Positions 57,777 to 64,000 of a stretch of DNA of 64,000 nucleotides are shown here, piece after piece; the stretch's first letter is position 1; each line of letters starts with the position of its first letter. Under the pieces are notes generated by a model. That model saw only the letters and a program-made list of their open reading frames with translations, searched no databases and was not told where the DNA came from. The stretch is from Lama guanicoe (taxonomy: Eukaryota), in NCBI GenBank assembly GCA_013239625.1, contig MU054001.1, forward strand, positions 6,373,078 to 6,437,077, in the 5' to 3' direction. A program made the position numbers and the translations under genes.

Positions 57777-58269
57777 AAGTTTCCATGCCATGCTAAGTCA
57801 GTTAGCATCCCTCCATTTGTTATATCCTTTCATCATCTTTTTGTCTTTGAGGGTTATACTTTCTAAAAAACAAATAAAAATTCCACATCATTTTAGTCGG
57901 TTCTGTGAAAGAAGAGGTAAATACATGTGTAAATCTGATATCTTTAAAACTTCTACTTCCTATTTTTATAACCATTTGGAAGCTGGGCAGTTTTAGAAAT
58001 AAAATCTGGTTAAGTACCCATCTAACCCTTTGTAGTATGTTACTCTCTGTTTCAGGGTACTTTTGGCCACCAAATCATGAGTGTATTTGGACAAGTATTA
58101 CAAGTATGTGCAGTGTGTGTGACTGTACATGCGAACACATGTACACATCAGTGATATACACGGTAGATGCAGCTTGCTTAGCAGCATGTGTGGTTGCTGT
58201 ATCTTTATTTTTAAAGACGAGATATGGTTCATGGGAAAGTTAAAGTATTGTTAGAATTCTTTGAGGAAA

Positions 58270-58470
58270 CTGGCATTACAACGGGCCAACACAACTGAAT
58301 TTGAATTTCAGCTATTCCATTTAACTAGCTGTTTAATACTGGAAACAGCTTAATCACTCCAAACATTCAGTTTCCTATCTGTTGTCATGGAGATTAAATT
58401 AGTAGATAATAGCTATTAAGTACTTCATGTAGTATCTGACACATAATAAATAGCTGCATTAAAATAAAGC
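58270..58470 (+). mobile_element. MIR SINE
   Basis: tttgaatttcagct...actagctgt...cagtttcctatctgt...agattaaat. Confidence 0.65.
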
Positions 58471-59232
58471 TATTATTATATTGTTTTTCTTAATCTTATC
58501 CTTTTCAGTATTTTCCTCATCTTCACTTTAATTAAAACCTATTTTATATATGTTTTTATATTGATACCATTTAGAAAATAATTGTCCATAGACTGGAAAC
58601 GTACTGTCTTACTATTTGCCCTTAAGTAGAATTAAATGTAAATTGAATTTAAGGCCTACTTGTTGGTTGGGTCACTCAGACAACATTATGACAAGACTCC
58701 AGAATGTTTTGTTAAGTTTTCAAGTGTAATATAAATAATTTTAAAATGGTTCTATTATTAAAAATGTAAAATTAGGTATGTATGTTTTGATAGTGTATTG
58801 CCAGGATTGGTAAAAAAAGAACTTATTTTTCATTGTGAATCTTGAAAGGCTTTTAGAAATATAATGATTATTTAGTCTTCACTGTAGATTTCAAATCTGC
58901 ATTAAAATCCAAAATTAAGTATTTCATAAATGATATCTTTGAATGTATAAAATGACAGTGATAGGCCTCACTGCTTTAGCAGTTGATAATGAACCTCCAT
59001 TTGTTATAAACACCATCATATGTCCTGATCTCTTTAAGAAAAAAACTAGGTAAAAAGACTAAGCTAGTGCTTAAATGTAAAACTGAGCTTCTTCCTAGTA
59101 AAGATTTCATATTTTTCTTGTTTCCTGAGACTCTCTGCATTCATCCTGAAATCTTTAGTAGACGAAAAAGGCCTACATACGTGAAGAATTATAAGATATC
59201 AAAGAAAAGAATGAAATTAATCAGTTCTGTGA

Positions 59233-59507
59233 GAAATAGACTCATAGACATAGAATACAGACTTGTAGTTGCCAAGGGGGTGGGGGGTGGGAAGAGATAG
59301 ACTGGGATTTCAAAATTGTAGAATAGATAAACAAGATTATACTGTATAGCACAGGGAAATATATACAAGATCTTATGGTAGCTCACAAAGAAAGGAATGT
59401 GGCAATGAATATATATATGTTCATGTATAATTGAAAAATTGTGCTTTACACTGGAATTTGACACAACATTGTAAAATGATTATAAATCAATAAAAATGTT
59501 AAAAAAA
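59233..59507 (+). mobile_element. Young L1 3'UTR fragment with perfect 20-bp TSD
   Basis: TSD gaaattaatcagttctgtga at 59213-59232 and 59508-59527; near-identical to 4020-4299. Confidence 0.95.
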
Positions 59508-59628
59508 GAAATTAATCAGTTCTGTGAATGTTTAAATTTTACATTGAAAATACTTTCGTACGGTACAAATATAGAGGCCACTTTTCTTTTGTAACTCTAT
59601 TGCTTCTTAAGTTGTTTGTTTCTTTCAG

Positions 59629-59774
59629 GAATTACAGTACATTGATAACAAGCGTAGTCCCGGGGGATTATGATGGAGATTCACAAATGGATGTCCTTCT
59701 GACATATCTTCCCCAAAATCATGCCAGCGGTGAATTAGGAGCCGTTATCTGCTGGGGACAAAATCAAACATTAG
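59629..59774 (+). CDS. ITFG1: ITFG1 exon 3 (NYSTLITSVVPGDYDGDSQMDVLLTYLPQNHASGELGAVICWGQNQTL-D)
   Basis: 146 nt, tttcag| ... |gtgaat; GDYDGDSQMD FG-GAP motif. Confidence 0.96.
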
Positions 59775-59909
59775 GTGAATTTGCTTTAAGAGTTCTTAAT
59801 ATTTAATACTGGATATTAAAGGAAAAATGTGCCTGATATTCTTGAAAAGTCTGTTTTCTGATTTTTCTTTTTCCACCTGGAAGTGGTCTGGGGTCAGTTC
59901 TAGACACAA

Positions 59910-60372
59910 AGTCTATGCTTGTTAGCTTAAGGAAGAGGGAGATTTATTAAATGGTTTTTATGACTTATAGAGTTACTGGGATAGCTAAAGAATAGACACT
60001 AGGTTGAACTTTCAGGAACAGTCTTCAAAACCTTCAAAGAAGCTACTGCTTTTTTACTATCAGAAAGTGGCAAGTTGCACAACAGCCGCTAGAATGACTC
60101 ATGCTCACCAGCAGAATGGGTGCCCTGTACCCTGCCTCTTGATGCTCACAATTCAGTGATCAGACACTGAGACAGAAATGGCAGAAACACAGCCTTCACC
60201 TCATTCCTGCCTTCCAAAACTCATAGTGTATCTGATTGGCAAGACTTACATTTCATTTAGAATCTTGATGCAAGGATATCTGAGAAATGCTATTTTTGGT
60301 TTCTAGTCTCTCCAGTATAGGAAAGCACAAAAAGATTAAAGGTTGAGAGTCAGTCTGCCATATCCACCCACA
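59910..60372 (-). mobile_element. Old MaLR LTR (MLT1-like)
   Basis: agcttaagg...atttattaaa...tctgattggc...tgcaagg...tctgagaaatg...ttctagtctct; family uncertain. Confidence 0.5.
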
Positions 60373-60801
60373 AATCTTCAAGTCTTCTTTGAAAAGCCAA
60401 TTAATTATACTTAAATGGACAGCCTCGTTCATGGAGCCAGATTTCAAGGGCAGGTGAAGGGGAGAAGGATATGGACATTTTAGAGTCAAGTAGTTTTGCA
60501 TATATTGGCTTCTTTACACCAAAACCTTGTCAACTGCTGCAGTGCTAAATTGTATTTAAAGAAGACTCATCTAGGAGATTTTCAGCTTGAAGCCTCAAAA
60601 GGGAGTTACTGTAATGATGGTCTTCACTGTACCAATATTTTATCTTTACATATTTGATGTTCATTTAAGTTATAGTGTCTCACTAATGGTAACAGTTGAA
60701 ATTAATTAGAGATTAATTTTGAGAAGAATATTTTCCCCTAAGTACAGATATCAAAAATAATATAAAGTGCCTGTTCATTTATGTATTTTCTTCTTTTAAA
60801 G

Positions 60802-60859
60802 ATCCTAGCAATATGACTGTACTCAATAGGACTTTTCAAGATGAACCACTAATTATGGA
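60802..60859 (+). CDS. ITFG1: ITFG1 exon 4 (DPSNMTVLNRTFQDEPLIM-D)
   Basis: 58 nt, taaag| ... |gtaagt, in frame. Confidence 0.95.
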
Positions 60860-61839
60860 GTAAGTATGTGCTTGCTTCTCTTTGAATGATTTCAAACTTA
60901 CAAACATAAAATAAAATTTCTCACATAAGAAACTACTTTGCTAAGTAGTATTGACTCTAATTCATTCTCGCTTGGAAGCCGATGGGAGCCTGTACTCTTG
61001 ACTATATGATATTTATTTGTCGTGATAGAAGATAGAGAAAAATGAAATTCGTTTTTTTGGAAGAAGAAAGAAATTTGTGTTTTGGGTTTTCTTTCAGTAG
61101 CTTTAAATGTATCCATTATGGATCTGTGTTGGTTCTAGCTATGTCATTACTTAACTGAGATAACTGGGTTAAGACTGTTGGTACTTGGCTGACAGATATA
61201 AAGGGTATAGGATTTCCTCCAGGGACTTAGGAAGATTTCTATATTAAGGAGAAACTTTGCCCTTTTTTACAACTCTTCCTTAGTGTTATCATTTATCTGC
61301 TCAAAATAGACTCATGTATCAGAATACAGTGACACCAAATTCCTGTCAAAATGACCTAGATACCATTTTGGAGACTAAACAACATACAGCCACATTCTTG
61401 TTTCCACTGCTGCCTTTTGTAGAGTTATTAAAGTCATAGTTATACATCAGTAGGTCAGTACTATTAGAAGTCTGAACTCTGAATCCATGCGTTAATATTT
61501 TTAAAGGTGCTCAGCTTGATTTCTTTCATAATTGGGTATTTTTCATTGTTTTTACAATATTCAGTGGTTGTTATAAATTTTTATACGAGCTAGGAATTAC
61601 TTTTGTGGGTTATTTCTCCTAACCCCATCTAACTGAATAAGGAGGGTCATGATTGTGAAATAAGGGTCTCGTAATCATTCAGAAATAAGCTGGGCTATGC
61701 AGACGTTACAGACAGTACCAAAATTTCACAACAAAAGTTTCTTTCTTGCTCATACAACATGTCTACTGTGGGTCGGTGATAGGCTCTGCTCGTTGTCATC
61801 ACTCACAGTGTCTTAGAGGCCCCATCATCTGTGTAACTG

Positions 61840-62480
61840 TGATGCAGGAAAAACAGATGTGGGGCATGAGGAGGGCCATGTCCCAGGTCTTGGTTGAGCC
61901 CCTGGAACATACCCCGCCAGGTGTGGGTCCTTGGCTTTGCACAGGAAAGAATTCAAATGCGAGCCACCATTGAGTAAAGGCAGATTTATTTAGAGAGATA
62001 CACACTGCATAGAGTGTAAGGCAAGAGAAGGGCAAGGAAAGAGGTGTGGGAATTGGGTGCTCAGGTTAAAGTAAAAGTAGGTACACACTCCAAAGACAGA
62101 GTGCAGGCTCCAAAGAGGAGGGAGGGGAAAAGGCTGCTAGGCGTGGTGTTGCCAGTTTTTGTGGGCTTGGTAGCTTCACATGCCTACAAGTGGGACCATT
62201 CCAGCTGCCCTGGGGAAGGGGCTGGGATCCCCAGGAATTGGGCCACCAGTCATTCTTTGGCCTTTTGCAGTTAGCCTGGGGGCTGTCATGGCACCTGTGG
62301 GCATGTTGTTTATCACCCTGTTACAAAGAGCATATAATGAAGCTCAAGGTCTACTAGAAGTCAAACCTCCCACCAGCTTAATCCTCAAGGCCAACTGGGA
62401 GTTGAATCTTCCATCATTTTGGTGTTAAATTGCTGTCATTCCTTGAGTGGCTGTGCCCTGCCCTCTTCCATCCTGTCTCA
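61840..62480 (-). mobile_element. ERV1-type solo LTR (641 bp), nested in an older MLT1-like LTR (about 61660-62620)
   Basis: TG...CA termini, 4-bp TSD actg at 61836-61839 and 62481-62484, AATAAA on the minus strand (tttatt at 61985-61990). Confidence 0.85.
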
Positions 62481-62716
62481 ACTGGACCATCTGAAACTCG
62501 TTCTTCTCATTGTGAAGAGGGCTAGAAGGTCCAGAAACAAAAATTAAACGCTTTGACCTCTAAGAGACACACGTAACTTCTGACATTCTGTTGACTATAG
62601 CAGATACTGTTATGTATCTACCACGCGTCCCCAAAGTTTGTTTGTTTTTTTAAACTAAATTAAAAGTGAGAATTTAATAGAATAGCTGCTTAGTATTTTT
62701 AATATTTTCTTTTCAG

Positions 62717-62791
62717 CTTCAATGGTGACTTAATTCCTGATATATTTGGTATCACAAATGAATCCAACCAGCCACAGATACTGTTAGGAGG
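62717..62791 (+). CDS. ITFG1: ITFG1 exon 5 (DFNGDLIPDIFGITNESNQPQILLG-G); gene continues beyond the right edge of the window
   Basis: 75 nt, tttcag| ... |gtgagt; DFNGDLIPD motif. Confidence 0.95.
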
Positions 62792-64000
62792 GTGAGTAAA
62801 AATTATTATAACCGTGTAACTTACTGTACATATTGCTGCTGGAGGGACTGTATATCTATGTGAACTGATTGCTTTAACTACTGGGGAAAAAAAAAACCAG
62901 CTCATTGGAAATCCTTATCCATTTTTAAAAAGACTTTTAAAAGGGCATTTGGTTAACACATAAGGTTTCTCAAACAGTTTGTATTTGATCAGCAACTGGT
63001 TTCTGCATAGAGACAGCTTAATCCTTTTGTCCCTCTGGAAATGAGAGAGAACAAACTTTACAAGTTTCCATTTAAATTTAAATGGTAGCTCATTAGATGT
63101 TTTTTTAGAAATGGAAAGATTTCATTTAAGTAGTATTGGTAGCTGCAGTCTTGATTGGATTCTCCACCTTAGTCATGTTAACTGCCAGACATTTATTGAT
63201 AAGCCTTGTTCCTTCTTTCTTTTATTTGTTTAGTGAGCAATTAACAATTGCCTAAAAATGTAAATACTCCTTCTCTAAGCTCTGGAAACTTTTCCATGTG
63301 TACTCTATCCTTGGCCAATATGTGTGCTAGAACTATAATCCAAAAATGCCATTCTTAGGGAAAACTGCCTGGAATCTTACAATTCAAAAATCTCCATCGT
63401 AATTTCTTTATATTTGAATAGAACTGCCCTCCTAACACAAGAACTCATGATAGCAAGATTCCTTTCAAGAGATACCGTCAACTTGGCTAATTTTTTTCTC
63501 TATTTGATACGGTAAACATTTAGTTCAAGAGTACAGAACACATTTATTTACTTTTTACTTTCCAGCAAGTGCAGAGAACCACCTTTATTAATCTGTCTTC
63601 CATGGTGCTATAAATCTAATGAATTTTCCTTCTGTGTTTTGAAGAAGTAGTGTATTTTTATGCTTAGTTTCTGAAATGGGATTCACAGGCAAAGATGAAA
63701 AATTGTCAAACATTAAGCTGTTCTGAGCAGAAACTGTCATATTTCCTATCACTTTCTCTTAAAGTTTTCGATAAAGAACATGAGTGTTTTTATGCTAGTC
63801 ATAGTGACCTTTGAAAGACTTATTATCTTTCATCTTTAATGATAATCTTTAAATGAGAAACCTATTTTTGCCTCAACTTTGAAAAATGTCTGCAAGAGAA
63901 AAACATTTGCTTTGCCTTTGTGAACACGTCTAGAAGGAACTGAGTGTGGGTGGAGTCAGAGGAAAGCACAGGCCACTCCTACCACAACAAGCCCTGCTTG

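Overview
Mammalian genomic DNA, probably camelid (inferred from the SINE and the young L1 3' tails). It holds the 5' parts of two head-to-head genes that share a CpG-island bidirectional promoter at about 51.8-52.6 kb. PHKB (phosphorylase kinase beta subunit) is on the minus strand: exon 1, the alternative-N-terminus cassette exon 2, and exons 3-7 (numbering counts the cassette as exon 2). ITFG1 (TIP/LINKIN, FG-GAP protein) is on the plus strand with exons 1-5. All exons have GT-AG boundaries and join in frame. Introns are filled with repeats: old and young L1s, a twin-primed 5'-inverted L1, a tRNA-derived SINE, an ERV1-type solo LTR, MaLR LTRs, hAT/Tigger MITEs, L2 and MIR. Repeat family names are from recall of consensus sequences, not from a search. 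I found no solid evidence of a wholly new biological system. The best leads are regulatory: the uORF/N-terminus switch at PHKB exon 2, a + strand splice donor inside that exon, inverted L1 tails flanking exons 6-7, a candidate 11-nt poison microexon, and a perfect RFX palindrome.
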